This document shows positions 62,589-64,000 of a stretch of DNA of 64,000 nt, piece after piece. The notes under the pieces are model-generated. The model worked only from the letters and a program-made list of their open reading frames with translations. It did not search any database and had not been told where the DNA came from. Source of the stretch: a bacterium (GTDB taxonomy: Bacteria > Patescibacteriota > Minisyncoccia > Phycocordibacterales > UBA918). The position numbers were made by a program, and so were the translations under genes. The stretch lies in NCBI GenBank assembly GCA_043719295.1, contig JAYSUD010000001.1, positions 97,700 through 161,699 of the forward strand. Reading direction: 5' to 3'. Positions within the stretch are counted from its first letter, which is position 1; each line of letters begins with the position of its first letter.

Positions 62589-64000
62589 ATGACTGGAAAT
62601 GAAATTAGAGCTAAATACCTCAAGTTTATGGAGGATAGGGGACATGCTATTGTTCCTTCCTCTGGATTAGTACCTGAAAACGACCCAACAACACTTTTCA
62701 CAGGAAGTGGTATGCAACCAATGGTGCCGTACCTCCTTGGAGAAAAGCACCCAAAGGGAACACGTATTGCAGACAGTCAAAAGTCATTTCGTGCTGACGA
62801 TATTGAGGAAGTGGGCGACAATCGTCATACAACGTTTTTTGAAATGCTTGGAAACTGGTCTTTTGGTGACTATTTCAAAAAAGAACAAATAGAATGGATG
62901 TTTGAATTTCTCACGGTTGAAATAGGCCTTGATCCAAACAAACTCTACATTTCTGCGTTTGGAGGTGATATTGCTAACAATCTACCCAAAGATGAAGAAG
63001 CACCAAAAATTTGGCAAGAACTTTTTAAAGTTGTGCGAATTGATGCACATATTGCGTACATGGGAAGTGAGGCAGATGGATATAAGCGAGGAATGAAAGA
63101 CGGTGAACGAATCTTTTATTTTGAAGCGAAGAAAAATTGGTGGAGTAGAGCTGGCGTGCCACAAAACATGCCTGTAGGTGAACCGGGAGGGCCGGATTCT
63201 GAGATGTTTTATGATTTTGGAACACCCCACGATACAAAGTACGGAGAACACTGTCATCCAAATTGTGACTGTGGTCGTTTTCTTGAAATTGGAAATAACG
63301 TATTCATGCAATACGTGAAAACAGGCGACAATGAATATACTGAACTTGCAAGTAAGAATATTGACTTTGGTGGAGGACTAGAACGTATTGTTGCAGCGTA
63401 CAATAATAACCCAGACGTTTTCAAAACGGACTTACTTTGGAATGTAGTTCTCCAAATACAAGATATCTCAGGTAAAAAGTATGAAGACAACCTCGTTGCA
63501 TTTCGTGTTATAACCGATCACATACGAGGTGCAGTATTCATGATTGGTGATGGAATCTTTCCTTCAAATACTGACCAAGGATATTTCACACGAAGACTTT
63601 TGCGAAGAGCTGTACGGTATGCCGACGTTCTTGGTATCAAGGAAGGTGAATTAAAAAGTCTAGCGTTAAGTGTTATCGCGACCTACAAAGATCACTACAT
63701 AAACTTAGAGGAGAAGAAGCAAAGTATAATCGATACTATTGCACAAGAAGAAACTCAGTTTAGAAAGACCCTTGAACACGGTTTGAAGCAATTTAACAAA
63801 GTTTCACTTAAAATATTTGCTACAACACATATTGACGAAGAAACAGGAAAGAAAGTATTTAATAAAGAAACAGATGTAGAACGATACATGGCTGGGAAAA
63901 GTGCATTTGAACTTTTCACGACGTATGGATTTCCTATCGAGTTAACACAAGAAATTGCTCAGGAGCGTGGACTTGAGGTTGATATGACTGGTTTCCATAA
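62589..64000 (+). CDS. alaS: alanine--tRNA ligase (5' part, runs off the window)
   Basis: MTGNEIRAKYLKF...ENDPTTLFTGSGMQP...HTTFFEMLGNWSFGDYFK...DFGGGLER...TYGFP. Not in the ORF track because there is no stop. Confidence 0.96.
   Translation, partial: MTGNEIRAKYLKFMEDRGHAIVPSSGLVPENDPTTLFTGSGMQPMVPYLLGEKHPKGTRIADSQKSFRADDIEEVGDNRHTTFFEMLGNWSFGDYFKKEQIEWMFEFLTVEIGLDPNKLYISAFGGDIANNLPKDEEAPKIWQELFKVVRIDAHIAYMGSEADGYKRGMKDGERIFYFEAKKNWWSRAGVPQNMPVGEPGGPDSEMFYDFGTPHDTKYGEHCHPNCDCGRFLEIGNNVFMQYVKTGDNEYTELASKNIDFGGGLERIVAAYNNNPDVFKTDLLWNVVLQIQDISGKKYEDNLVAFRVITDHIRGAVFMIGDGIFPSNTDQGYFTRRLLRRAVRYADVLGIKEGELKSLALSVIATYKDHYINLEEKKQSIIDTIAQEETQFRKTLEHGLKQFNKVSLKIFATTHIDEETGKKVFNKETDVERYMAGKSAFELFTTYGFPIELTQEIAQERGLEVDMTGFH

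Overview
Gene-dense, AT-rich bacterial window. Gene content and style suggest Patescibacteria/CPR (Parcubacteria-like; inference): short atpC/atpH, leuS with a NUDIX insertion, a sigma-4/HTH protein, and many apparently leaderless genes. Housekeeping content: uvrA, uvrC-like, ddl, tRNA-Ala(UGC), phosphomannomutase, the atpBEFHAGDC operon, an RND pump, ychF, leuS, mltG, mnmA, an M16 peptidase pair and the 5' part of alaS. A defence/toxin-antitoxin hotspot follows the tRNA (Fic, two RhuM, fused REase-MTase, HicBA, XRE-Panacea/RelE-like). The most unusual signals are non-coding. (1) Seven co-oriented copies of a ~124-nt rod-like repeat each start at or just after a stop codon, show extensive compensatory base changes, and fold best on the antisense strand. 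(2) AT-rich orphan genes inside the ATP synthase operon are each followed by a palindromic repeat sharing sequence with the REP-like end of the adjacent RAYT/HUH transposase, resembling a cassette array. (3) An ECF sigma factor has four copies of a TGTAAT-N16-CGGCTT promoter motif, defining a candidate stress regulon. (4) A 228-bp element carries direct and inverted copies of the tRNA 3' end. (5) A 103-bp MITE inserted into and rebuilt a start codon. All calls were made by eye, with no database searches.
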